A stretch of 64,000 nt of DNA from a virus. The stretch is from the IMG/VR virus record IMGVR_UViG_3300037464_000047. The stretch is one strand, 5' to 3'. The notes beneath the pieces were generated by a model. The model did no database searches. It was not told the origin of the DNA and saw nothing but the letters and a program-made list of their open reading frames with translations. Position 1 is the first letter of the stretch; each line of letters opens with the position of its first letter. Position numbers and translations under genes: made by a program. Shown one piece after another: positions 27,248-35,966 of this stretch.

Positions 27248-27346
27248 CTACATCCAGCCCTTCCACATCCCCACTAAAATGAGACCCCCAATGATCGCGA
27301 TACCGATGGGGAAGATGAGGGGCGCCTTGTCGTTCTCGGTGCTCAT
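27248..27346 (-). CDS. Small single-TM peptide (32 aa; not in ORF track)
   Basis: MSTENDKAPLIFPIGIAIIGGLILVGMWKGWM; starts right after the upstream stop. Confidence 0.5.
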   Translation of the reverse strand: MSTENDKAPLIFPIGIAIIGGLILVGMWKGWM

Positions 27347-28114
27347 CTACTTAGCCTTCCCCCGGCGATACTTGCCGCGCGTCACCCGCTGGATGTGCTC
27401 CTCCCGAGCCAGGTGGCCGAGGGCTGTCCGAATCTGACCCACCGACCCCTTCGGGACGAGCTTGAGGAGATCGTGGGCGGTGTAGGTCTCACCCTCCTTC
27501 ATGACCTGGTAGACCTCCCGCTTGAGCGGGAGGTCCGGTGCCTGGAATGCGACGGGCTCCTGCTTCGCGGCGAGCAGGTAGCCCTTGTTGGTCTGCCGGA
27601 CCTTCCCCTCTTCGAGCAGCTCATCAAGCGCGAGCTGCAGGCCCGAGACATTGGTCATGGCTCCCAGATCCGCGAACGCCTCCTTCAGCATCTCGGCGTT
27701 GACCGGCAGCTCCTTGTAGTTCGCCATGTAGACCAGGATACGGTCCTTGAGCGGAAGGTCGGAGGGGGGCTCCGGGATGGCCGACTTCGTGCCCTTCGTG
27801 ACCCGGAGGATGTCCTCCCGCAGCTCCTTGAAGTCCTCAAGTCGGTGCTGCATCTTGGTGAGCTCTTCCTCCATGCCCCAGATGTTCTGGATCTCCTTCT
27901 CGATACGCTTATCGAGCTGGGCCAGAGCCGCCTCGCCCGCGCAGAACACAGGCATCTCAAAGGCGTTGGTCTCCCCGAACTCCCTTACTTTTCTCCGGAA
28001 GATCTCCAGATCGGGGACCGTCTCATCCCCCAACGTGTTGATGATGAAATCCTCAAGGTCCTTCAGATCAATGACCTTGATACCCTTCGTCGTGTTCGTT
28101 TTCACAGTCGCCAC
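27347..28114 (-). CDS. Coiled-coil plus tandem winged-helix DNA-binding protein
   Basis: LQLALDELLEEGKVRQTNKGY and IRTALGHLAREEHIQRVTRGKY; promoter at 28162. Confidence 0.65.
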   Translation of the reverse strand: MATVKTNTTKGIKVIDLKDLEDFIINTLGDETVPDLEIFRRKVREFGETNAFEMPVFCAGEAALAQLDKRIEKEIQNIWGMEEELTKMQHRLEDFKELREDILRVTKGTKSAIPEPPSDLPLKDRILVYMANYKELPVNAEMLKEAFADLGAMTNVSGLQLALDELLEEGKVRQTNKGYLLAAKQEPVAFQAPDLPLKREVYQVMKEGETYTAHDLLKLVPKGSVGQIRTALGHLAREEHIQRVTRGKYRRGKAK

Positions 28115-28162
28115 GCTTGCATCTCCTTTTGGAGTGAAGAGGCAGGTTTTCCGCCTCAGGAC

Positions 28163-28375
28163 TTATGCCGCAGGATGCCGGGGTTTCTCCGGACCCCGGC
28201 AGTACCACCAACCCATGACGAGGGTGCTCGCGCCTGCGATGATGAGGGCCCACTGGAAGAGCGGGACCTTGAGGAGATCTCCTGGGCAGAACATCCCGAT
28301 CACGAAGACCATCATGGCGATCATCGTCATGTAGAAGAGCCAAAACCGCGTCAACCAATCCGGAGGACCTTTCAT
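28163..28375 (-). CDS. Small two-TM membrane protein
   Basis: Two hydrophobic helices; TAATG coupling. Confidence 0.65.
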   Translation of the reverse strand: MKGPPDWLTRFWLFYMTMIAMMVFVIGMFCPGDLLKVPLFQWALIIAGASTLVMGWWYCRGPEKPRHPAA

Positions 28376-28536
28376 TAGACACCTCCGGCTACAGCGGGTG
28401 GAGGGGTCGGCGGCTTCTTGGGACCACCGGGGCGTGGAGTACCGGGCAGGATGTTCGGCCGGGGCTTTGGTGGCAGGGACGGCGGGGGCGGCTCCTCCAC
28501 AACAGGACGCGGGGGTTCGATGCTCTGCATGTACAT
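28375..28536 (-). CDS. Proline-rich peptide (53 aa, 20 Pro; not in ORF track)
   Basis: Strong GGAGGAG RBS; stop overlaps the next ATG. Confidence 0.65.
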   Translation of the reverse strand: MYMQSIEPPRPVVEEPPPPSLPPKPRPNILPGTPRPGGPKKPPTPPPAVAGGV

Positions 28537-28563
28537 GACTCCTCCTAGTGTTGCGTGAAAGGT

Positions 28564-29241
28564 TTAGACCGGCACCGACGGGTCCTCGAAGACGCCAAAA
28601 GCTGGCAAGGTAAAGGGCTTCTCATCCTCCACTTGCTGCTCGAAGTAGGTAAGGAACTCGCCGATTTCAATGATGTTCGTATGAGCGAACAACACGATGA
28701 CGGGGAAGGAGTTCGGCCTGCGAAAAACGCTGCCTACCTGCCGCGCGAGAAGACGTGGGATGGGGCCCACCTGCTGAACCCGGACCACTTCACCCAAAGG
28801 ATTGTTCTTGATTTTGGAGTAGAGTCCATCCCGTAGATGTTCAGGATAGGCGAAGAGATCAACCCGTCCCCCCTTCTTGTCCATCTGGGTAATTTTCGTA
28901 TAGAGCGCTTCCAGGTTGTAGACCTCCCAGGTCACCGGGATAATCCTCTTCAAGGTACTCACCCGAGCCAGGGACGGCACATCGCCTCGGCGGAATCGGG
29001 CAAGGAGCGCAAGCACAAGCCAAAACTCATCTCTGCCTTGGTCCCCGGAAGATGCGAAGCGTTCAACAAGATTGTCCCAAATCATTTTGTAGAGCTGGTC
29101 AGTCGTCGAGAATCGAGTGCCGAAGGTAGCCTCTACCAGGTCGACGAGTTCCGTGGCCTTCCGCTGGCACACCTCCTCGGTCCAGAGGGGGTGCAACCTC
29201 TTCAACTGCTTGGCCATCTCTTCGTAGATGAATGCGTCCAT
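28564..29241 (-). CDS. Hypothetical protein
   Basis: RBS GGAGG; promoter at 29260. Confidence 0.7.
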   Translation of the reverse strand: MDAFIYEEMAKQLKRLHPLWTEEVCQRKATELVDLVEATFGTRFSTTDQLYKMIWDNLVERFASSGDQGRDEFWLVLALLARFRRGDVPSLARVSTLKRIIPVTWEVYNLEALYTKITQMDKKGGRVDLFAYPEHLRDGLYSKIKNNPLGEVVRVQQVGPIPRLLARQVGSVFRRPNSFPVIVLFAHTNIIEIGEFLTYFEQQVEDEKPFTLPAFGVFEDPSVPV

Positions 29242-29309
29242 GGTTCCTCCCTCAGGAGTCTTATCCCTCTAGACAAGAATCGCTTTGCTCTTGTAGGGTG
29301 CGCGCCCGA

Positions 29310-29564
29310 ATGCAGACGACACCTGCCATACCTGTACCGCTCAAGGCGATCCTCCTGGTGACCACCAAGAACGGGCTCCGGACTGTCGGCCCCGTGACGG
29401 AAGAGAAGGCTCGGGGCTATCAAGCCTCGAAAATCATCCTCCTCAAGGACCGTCGACGCGCCACGCCCGAGGATCTTCGAGATGCCTCCCGGATGCGGTG
29501 TCACCTTGTCAGCCACAAAGACGAGGACATCTTCTGGTCGGACGAGCTGATTGGTAAGCTCTGA
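29310..29564 (+). CDS. Hypothetical protein
   Basis: Divergent from 29241; probable start MQTTPA. Confidence 0.45.
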   Translation: MQTTPAIPVPLKAILLVTTKNGLRTVGPVTEEKARGYQASKIILLKDRRRATPEDLRDASRMRCHLVSHKDEDIFWSDELIGKL

Positions 29565-29617
29565 AACTGCAGGCCCCACCCAGGCATCCTGGGTGGGGCC
29601 TCTTGGCGGCGCACCGA

Positions 29618-30214
29618 CTACGCCGCCGTGCGGGGGGATTCCGTACGGGACTCGTTGCGCTCCTTGAGCTGCATCTCCAGCTCCCGCGTGCCGCTCCTGC
29701 CGAAGATGGGCAGGTGCTCCAGTGGGAGCCGGTTGAGGGGGAGCGCCGAGACCAGATGATCGTGAGTGTCCAGCACCCGCTCGATGATCTCCTTCGTGGT
29801 CTCGTTGCAGGACTTGATGACGCCATCCAGGAGCCGAGAGGAGCGCTCGTCCATCTTGTCCCAGATGTTCTGAGCCATCTCCTCCAGGCGCACGATGGCC
29901 TCCATTTTCTTGGTCGCGTACTCCGGGTGCTTGTCCAGCACCGCCAGCTCGTGAGCCCGCCACCGGTCACCGGCCGCGATGCCGAGCTCGACGGTGCCCT
30001 TCATCAGATTCGCGAAGGCCGTCCCGACCCGGATGAAGCGCTCGACCTCCCGGTCCTGACGCTCCTCCCGGCCGGCGCACTCGGCGCGGTACCGCTCCAT
30101 CTCGATCCTGCCCTTCGACTCCAAGACCTGGAGCTCGTGGGCCTGCTCCACCTTCAAACGCTCCATGAACTCCTCGTGGGTCTCGTTCTGGGCGCGCTGA
30201 GGGTTCGTCAACAT
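29618..30214 (-). CDS. Coiled-coil hypothetical protein
   Basis: Promoter at 30276. Confidence 0.65.
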   Translation of the reverse strand: MLTNPQRAQNETHEEFMERLKVEQAHELQVLESKGRIEMERYRAECAGREERQDREVERFIRVGTAFANLMKGTVELGIAAGDRWRAHELAVLDKHPEYATKKMEAIVRLEEMAQNIWDKMDERSSRLLDGVIKSCNETTKEIIERVLDTHDHLVSALPLNRLPLEHLPIFGRSGTRELEMQLKERNESRTESPRTAA

Positions 30215-30311
30215 GAGGGTTCTCCCGGTCCATTCGGACCAAGGATGAGAGGTTCATCCTCCCATCACTGGATTGCTTATGCCCCAGGATTTACCTGTTT
30301 TGCGAGAGCTT

Positions 30312-30572
30312 TCAGAAGCCCCCCTCCAGGACCCCCTTTATGACCAGGACCGTGGTGTCGAAGGCCACGAGGGCGGGGTCTGGACGGCCATAAGCCTTGG
30401 GCATCTCCCTACCGAACTTCCACAACCGCTCCGCCCGGGTCAACCAGGGCTCCCGCTGCCTGGCGTCCAGGGTGGTCCAGGACTTCGTGGGTTCGGCGCT
30501 GAAGACCGATTGGTAGCCGGCCGCAGCCGCAATCTCTACCTTCTCGACGAGCGTGAGATTTGAATACGCCAT
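30312..30572 (-). CDS. Hypothetical protein
   Basis: RBS GAGGAG. Confidence 0.6.
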   Translation of the reverse strand: MAYSNLTLVEKVEIAAAAGYQSVFSAEPTKSWTTLDARQREPWLTRAERLWKFGREMPKAYGRPDPALVAFDTTVLVIKGVLEGGF

Positions 30573-30874
30573 TCGAGCTCCTCTCTAACGTCGGCCGGGA
30601 GGTGGTTGAGATAATCGACGATGATGTCGCCATGACACAGCTTCGGCTTGCAGACGCAGCCGAGGATGAGGCCATAGCAGTTGTGGACCTCCTCGACATA
30701 GACAGGGTTCTTGGCAATCTCCTTGTAGAACCACTGATCGAAGAGCCAGAGGACGTGCCGACGTTCGAGGTTATCGTCCGGGTTCACGAGGTAGAAGGGA
30801 TTACCCAGTGGCCCCGGTCGCATGATCTTCCGATCGTAGGCGCTCTTGGTGATGTTGACGATGTACGTCCTCAT
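30536..30874 (-). CDS. DUF4326 domain protein
   Basis: RPGPLGNPF...LGCVCKPKLCHGDII signature. Confidence 0.8.
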   Translation of the reverse strand: MRTYIVNITKSAYDRKIMRPGPLGNPFYLVNPDDNLERRHVLWLFDQWFYKEIAKNPVYVEEVHNCYGLILGCVCKPKLCHGDIIVDYLNHLPADVREELEWRIQISRSSRR

Positions 30875-31038
30875 TCAGCCTCCAGGAACTGGAGGTGCGC
30901 CAGGTCATAGGTCCGGAGCGTACCGGCGAAGTCGATTCGGACTCGGGTCTTCAAGACCTTCTTCACAACGCCGGTCCCCCACTCCGGCCACCAGCGGTCA
31001 ACAACCCGTCGACCTCGCTTCATCTGCTGCAGCTTCAT
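30871..31038 (-). CDS. Small SH3-like protein, DUF3553-like (55 aa; not in ORF track)
   Basis: WPEWGTGVVKKVLKTRVRIDF; ATGA-coupled. Confidence 0.6.
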   Translation of the reverse strand: MKLQQMKRGRRVVDRWWPEWGTGVVKKVLKTRVRIDFAGTLRTYDLAHLQFLEAE

Positions 31039-31041
31039 GGA

Positions 31042-31386
31042 TCAGCCCTCCGGGTAGCAGTAGGCCGAGGCGCCCGTGAGCGCACACAGAGTCCGGATTG
31101 CGCCGTAGGCCTTGCAGATATCGTCCTCCGGACCGATGTGCCAGCACCCATCACGGTCCTCCTCCAGCCAATGCAGGTGCTCTTCCGCCATGACTTCGGA
31201 GGGGATGAAGACCAGCCGCGTCCCTTCGGGCAGAGGGACAGAGCGCTTCTTCCATTCACCCCCCTGCCCACGCTGAGTCCACTTCTGAAGGACCCCTTTC
31301 CGGTTGGCGTGGTAGCTGGAGGCTTCCTCCTCGGACAGCTTCTCCTTCTCCATGAACCATACGGGGATAGGTACCAGAGTGGCCAT
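31042..31386 (-). CDS. Hypothetical protein
   Basis: Start MATLVP. Confidence 0.6.
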   Translation of the reverse strand: MATLVPIPVWFMEKEKLSEEEASSYHANRKGVLQKWTQRGQGGEWKKRSVPLPEGTRLVFIPSEVMAEEHLHWLEEDRDGCWHIGPEDDICKAYGAIRTLCALTGASAYCYPEG

Positions 31387-31388
31387 GC

Positions 31389-31826
31389 TCAGACTCCCCT
31401 CCCGAGCAGCTCCTCGATCTTGTTGAGGGGGATGCCAGCGGTAGTGACGTACCCATACTGGTGGGCCGGGGCGGCGATCCAGCGCACTTTTTCCTCGTCG
31501 ATGATCATCTGGAGACACTCCATGTCGGCTAGGACCTGATGTCCGGGCCTCCAATCCGTCTCTTGGAAATCCGTGCCCTTGTCCATAAAGTCTTGAACCT
31601 CCTGAGAAAAGAGGTCCGGATCTCCCGTCACGTCCGAACTGAGATAAAGACAATCACCACTCCAATAGTAGGACTCCAGAAGATCAGAGTCCTCGGACTT
31701 GTGACGCTTGAAACGTGCTGCCCTTCTGAGGATCAGAGCGGCCAGCTCTGAAGTCACTTCGACGTGACCACACTCGATGCCAATACCTGCATCCTGATCG
31801 GAGTGAAGTGAAAGTAGAAACATCAT
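31389..31826 (-). CDS. Hypothetical acidic protein (lower GC)
   Basis: Coupled ORF. Confidence 0.6.
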   Translation of the reverse strand: MMFLLSLHSDQDAGIGIECGHVEVTSELAALILRRAARFKRHKSEDSDLLESYYWSGDCLYLSSDVTGDPDLFSQEVQDFMDKGTDFQETDWRPGHQVLADMECLQMIIDEEKVRWIAAPAHQYGYVTTAGIPLNKIEELLGRGV

Positions 31827-31829
31827 GGT

Positions 31830-32108
31830 TCACCTCTTCACGCAGGGGGCGAACGTCGGCCCTACGATGCGGATGAAATGGCCACAGCAGACGTAGGCCG
31901 TCAACTCGTGGCGGTAAGGGTTGGGGTCATCCTCGAAGACCTCTTCTGCGAGCTTGTGGCGGGCGGGGGAACCGCAGCGCACCAGAGCCTCATCAACGAG
32001 GTCCAGTGCGCTACAGTTCTCACCCTCACAGCTTGCCGGGGCCTGGTGCCAGACCAGTTCCAGAGGCCCCAAGGTCCCGTTCGGGATGCTCGGGGGTTGC
32101 TTCTTCAT
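31830..32108 (-). CDS. Small Cys-rich protein
   Basis: CEGENC...CG...CCGH; start MKKQPP. Confidence 0.6.
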   Translation of the reverse strand: MKKQPPSIPNGTLGPLELVWHQAPASCEGENCSALDLVDEALVRCGSPARHKLAEEVFEDDPNPYRHELTAYVCCGHFIRIVGPTFAPCVKR

Positions 32109-32416
32109 GGTTCTCTCCTGGTGGACTCCAGCGCGTTCGCTGCGCTTGGGCCACCTCGCGAAGTACCGCACAGCCGGCCGATGAGCTCCTTGAAGAGCGC
32201 CATCTCCTGGACAGTGTAGGGGGTCGAGATGTAGACGTGGCTTTTGTCATCCCAGTCAGGCAGGCCAATGCGAGTCGAGCAGGTGAAGGTTGTGTTGCCA
32301 CCCTTCTTGGGCTCGACGCAGAGGCCCCGGCTGCCACATTGGTAGCACTCTCCCTCAGCACTCGACCCTTCGAACTGCCCCCCGTCCGGAAAGCATCTTG
32401 CCAAGCAAAGCTTCAT
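32105..32416 (-). CDS. Cys-rich hypothetical protein
   Basis: CYQCG...C...C; promoter at 32499. Confidence 0.6.
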   Translation of the reverse strand: MKLCLARCFPDGGQFEGSSAEGECYQCGSRGLCVEPKKGGNTTFTCSTRIGLPDWDDKSHVYISTPYTVQEMALFKELIGRLCGTSRGGPSAANALESTRREP

Positions 32417-32499
32417 GTTCCGTCTCCTCTCCTACGTGTAGGTCTCCCTATCACGTAACGGAAGGGGCCCCGCAGGGCCCCGATGAATTGCTACAAGTC

Positions 32500-32895
32500 T
32501 TATCCCCCGAGGTCCGGGGGATTTTCAGCCTGCTGCCGGAGCTCCTCCGCGCGCCGCCGCTGCTTCTCAGCCGCGTCGGAGTCGCCCTTCTTGTCGAGCA
32601 TCTCCGCCAGGCTCTCCGCCTTCTGAGCCTGCTTCTCCAGATTTCGCTGATTCGGAGGTCCATCCGCCTTCTTCTTGCTCCAGGCGGAGAGGCAATGCAG
32701 GAAGGCGCTCTCCGTGGCCTTCTTCGCCAGGACATGAGCCTCTGCCAAGTCTCGCGCCCTCAAGACCATGTCCAGCTTCTTCCAGATGCGCGGGTCCATC
32801 TCGTCATGGAGCCGGTAGTGGGCAGCCAGATCGAGGATTTCTCGCTGAGCCGTCGCATGAATACCGCCAAAGGGGTTGGGTTTACTCATGCCCAT
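32500..32895 (-). CDS. Hypothetical protein
   Basis: Coupled ORF. Confidence 0.65.
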   Translation of the reverse strand: MGMSKPNPFGGIHATAQREILDLAAHYRLHDEMDPRIWKKLDMVLRARDLAEAHVLAKKATESAFLHCLSAWSKKKADGPPNQRNLEKQAQKAESLAEMLDKKGDSDAAEKQRRRAEELRQQAENPPDLGG

Positions 32896-33622
32896 CCCTC
32901 TGCAAGATCTCCTTCAGGAGTGCCAGGGACCAGGGGTACTGCTTCACGTCTTCATAGTGAAGGAAGTCGGACTCCAGCCAGGTCCTCCCACCATCCACCT
33001 CTGACTCGATGAAACCACCCCCAGGGTCTCGCGTGATCTGTCGAGCGTCGGAGATGTGGAGAACGGGCACGCCCCCCACCCATTGCTGTTCATCGAGGGC
33101 GCTGTGGATGCGACCCACCTGGTCGACGTGCCAGTTGTAGACGAGATCTCCTGTCCTGAACACCCTCTGCCCAGGACCAAGGACCTCGATCCCCAGTTTT
33201 GGGGCGTACTCGAAGATGCGCCGGTCCTTGTAGAAGCGGCCATAGACGATGCGCTTCACCCCCACGTTGGCCACGGTCTTGAAGCAGGGCCAGCAGGGGC
33301 TGACCGTGGTGTAGAGCGTCGTGGGCTTCTCCGGCTCGCTGTCGAGCCGAATCCCGTTCTTGGCTGCTTGGATGATGGCGTTGACCTCCGCGTGGATGGT
33401 GGCCACGCAGTGGTCGTTCTCCATCATGTGGCCGACCTCCGTACAATGGGGAAGCCCTCGGACAGAGCCATTGTAGCCCGTGCAGAGGATGGTCTTGTCG
33501 CGTACCAGCACTGCACCGACTCCATTCGGACTGGTGGGGCTACGAGGGGGGCAGGTGTGTCGCGTGGCGGTCTGGATCGCGATGTCCATAAAATATTCAT
33601 CCCATGATTTACGTTCTGACAT
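32882..33622 (-). CDS. dCMP deaminase (ComEB-like) with C-terminal extension
   Basis: WDEYFM, VGAVLV, GYNG, HAEVNAI and PCWPC Zn motifs. Confidence 0.92.
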   Translation of the reverse strand: MSERKSWDEYFMDIAIQTATRHTCPPRSPTSPNGVGAVLVRDKTILCTGYNGSVRGLPHCTEVGHMMENDHCVATIHAEVNAIIQAAKNGIRLDSEPEKPTTLYTTVSPCWPCFKTVANVGVKRIVYGRFYKDRRIFEYAPKLGIEVLGPGQRVFRTGDLVYNWHVDQVGRIHSALDEQQWVGGVPVLHISDARQITRDPGGGFIESEVDGGRTWLESDFLHYEDVKQYPWSLALLKEILQRDGHE

Positions 33623-34047
33623 GTTTTCCGGATCTCCTACGCTGGATGTCCCGAATGCACCAGTACGACGTATTGAATCGTTCCGCCAATTCTCTCCTGC
33701 TCATCGTGTCACTGAGCCGAAGAACTTCCACTATCTCTTCAGGCCTCAGATTGGACCTCAGACGACCTTTTTTTGACTGCATCCGCCATATTGTCAGCAT
33801 GTGTCCCGAGAAAGAAATGAGAGGGGTTTACACACCGACGAACATCGCACCGATGACGTACCTCCAGTCCCTCTGGGACAGGACCAAAGTAGAGTTCCCA
33901 GACGAGTACATGCGTGAGCCGGTTGACCCCATCTAACCAGAATCGACCGTACCTCATGGAATCAACATGACTCGTCCAGAGCCAGCAATCACCCTCTACC
34001 TTGGTCTTGTTCCAGAACCTCACTGTTCAGTGAGGCTTCTGAGTCAT
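33609..34047 (-). pseudogene. HNH homing endonuclease, disrupted
   Basis: CWLW...YGRF...[13 protein letters not shown]...DNMAD. In-frame TGA at codon 7 from ATG 34047. A +1 frameshift in the A7 run (33768-33774) separates the C-terminal HTH. Confidence 0.8.
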
Positions 34048-34049
34048 GC

Positions 34050-34601
34050 CTACCTCTCCTCGGAGTCTTTGGGAGGCAGGAAAGGCCCACCGCCCGATCG
34101 CGCCTTGTAGAATTCCGTGATGTACTTCTCCAGCTCCTGCCTCAGAGTCTCGTCGTTGAGTTCGAAGAGAGCCTTGCCGAAATCGAATGGAGAGAGCACT
34201 TCTCGGTCCTGTATCCGAGCGATGACGTTGTAGAACACCTGGGCAACGCTCAACTGAGGGGCCAGGACTCGAAGCTCATGCAGGGAGCGGAAGATGGCGC
34301 TGAGCGGCCAGGTACGCTGCTCGGACGGAAGGCTCTTCTGTTCATCGAAACGTGCTCGGTGCTCCTTCCACAGCCGGTCGTGATCTTCGTTATGGGTCGT
34401 GAGCGCCACCTCCAGCTCTCCGTCCGTCATCAGGTGGGGAGCCCGTTGGAGGGGGATAGGCGGGAACTCCCCTGAGATTTCCTTCATGGACTCCAAGAAG
34501 CGCTCCATCGACTCCTTGCTGGGAGGAGGCTCGTTCCTCAGGGTGTAGATGCCGTCGACGAAGATAGGGTCAAATCCAAGTTTCTTGCGCTCATCCCTCA
34601 T
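34050..34601 (-). CDS. Hypothetical protein
   Basis: ATGA-coupled. Confidence 0.65.
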   Translation of the reverse strand: MRDERKKLGFDPIFVDGIYTLRNEPPPSKESMERFLESMKEISGEFPPIPLQRAPHLMTDGELEVALTTHNEDHDRLWKEHRARFDEQKSLPSEQRTWPLSAIFRSLHELRVLAPQLSVAQVFYNVIARIQDREVLSPFDFGKALFELNDETLRQELEKYITEFYKARSGGGPFLPPKDSEER

Positions 34602-34876
34602 TGGTCATCCTCCGAATCGGGCATGAGGTCCCAGAGGTGGAAGGCCTTCATGATCTCGCGGGCCTCCACCTCCGTCCGCCCATCCCGGTAACGAACGCCC
34701 TCGGGCAGCTTCACCAAGGCGTCCAGCTCCCCTTTCTCGGCCTTCTCCATCGCCTCCTTGACCACCGGGATCATGTACTCAGGGGGAGGTGGGTAGTGGT
34801 TGTGCAGCAGGTGCCGTCGGATCGCCTGGTCACGATCCATCTGTCCCTTCATCTCTTCTGCTTGAAGCCTTCCCAT
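34598..34876 (-). CDS. Hypothetical protein (HLLHNHYPP motif)
   Basis: Coupled ORF. Confidence 0.7.
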   Translation of the reverse strand: MGRLQAEEMKGQMDRDQAIRRHLLHNHYPPPPEYMIPVVKEAMEKAEKGELDALVKLPEGVRYRDGRTEVEAREIMKAFHLWDLMPDSEDDQ

Positions 34877-34885
34877 GTCGCCTCC

Positions 34886-35188
34886 TCAAGTGGGAATCAC
34901 GCCCTGATCCACACCGAGCGTCAGGGCCTTCGCCAACGGCCACTTCTCATAGATGCGGGGATCCGTCCCTGGGACATGCTCGCCCGTCTCGAAGATTATC
35001 CGGCCATGCTTCAGGACCTGCCAGACCAGGCACACCATACTACTGGCGTACTCCCAAGGCTGGTCACCGTATCGGGCGATGACCGAGCCATCATCACAGC
35101 GGGCGCAGTAGTAGAAGTCGTGCTTCTCATCCTGACCCAGGTAGAGGCAGCCGTCACAATCGTGCTGCCAGCGCTTCCTCTCGCTCAT
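34886..35188 (-). CDS. Cys-containing hypothetical protein
   Basis: HDCDGC..YLG...DFYYC; start MSERKR. Confidence 0.65.
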   Translation of the reverse strand: MSERKRWQHDCDGCLYLGQDEKHDFYYCARCDDGSVIARYGDQPWEYASSMVCLVWQVLKHGRIIFETGEHVPGTDPRIYEKWPLAKALTLGVDQGVIPT

Positions 35189-35966
35189 GCCTTGCCTCTC
35201 CAACGTCCTCCACGCCGATGTCAGCCACGGCGAAGCAGTACCGATCCAACCTCTTTGCGTACTCGGGGACGTCATCCCCCAGAGTCCAGCTCGTGTCGTC
35301 TTCGAACTCGATGAAGTAGGTCCCGTTCCCAAAGATGATGCGCCTGAGAGAGGGCTTCCGCTTCTTCACCCGCTCGAATTCTTGAACGATCAGAGGCCGG
35401 ACGAATTGTCGGATCTTCTCGTCGCACTCCTCCTGGGCTTGCCGAGCGAAGTCCTCGACCTTCTCTGGGGTCATCCCTCGGGTAGACACCTCCCAGACCC
35501 GCTGCTCGAACTGGTCGGGACTGCCCGTGTTCCAGATACGGATGGGGACGCCTCCCGTGGGTACTTCGCGATAGTCGTACTTCACCCGTCGGAGCAGCCC
35601 CTTCCGGATCCAGAACTTCTTCCCCTTATCGAGGTTCTCCATGGGCGTCGACCAGACCTCGGCCTTCACGCGTCCTTTGTCCAGGACGTCGTTGACCAGG
35701 TTGTTGAACTGGATCCAGTCATCCCATTCCAGGTAGCGCATCCGCTTCTTCTTGCGTTGGAAACCAGGGATAACAACACATTCCCCGGGATGTTGACCGC
35801 AGTACTCCTTCGCCTGGGTCAGACGGACCTGCTGCACGAAGATGGTGTTCTCGTCGATGGAAACACGAAGCTCGACGGAGAACCTCCCGTCGAGCTCCAC
35901 CGCCTTCGCGAGCCGGTCCCGGGCCTTCACCTTGTGGTGCGGACTCAGGATTCGGATCGTGTACAC
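35154..35966 (-). CDS. Hypothetical protein
   Basis: Long ORF with typical codon usage. Confidence 0.7.
   Translation of the reverse strand: MYTIRILSPHHKVKARDRLAKAVELDGRFSVELRVSIDENTIFVQQVRLTQAKEYCGQHPGECVVIPGFQRKKKRMRYLEWDDWIQFNNLVNDVLDKGRVKAEVWSTPMENLDKGKKFWIRKGLLRRVKYDYREVPTGGVPIRIWNTGSPDQFEQRVWEVSTRGMTPEKVEDFARQAQEECDEKIRQFVRPLIVQEFERVKKRKPSLRRIIFGNGTYFIEFEDDTSWTLGDDVPEYAKRLDRYCFAVADIGVEDVGEARHEREEALAARL

Noticed and set aside
33604-33936. + strand ORF over the HNH region
   Set aside because: Antisense to clear HNH and HTH motifs; no RBS
34027-34029. In-frame TGA as evidence of stop-codon reassignment
   Set aside because: TGA, TAG and TAA all end well-supported genes and coding density is high under code 11
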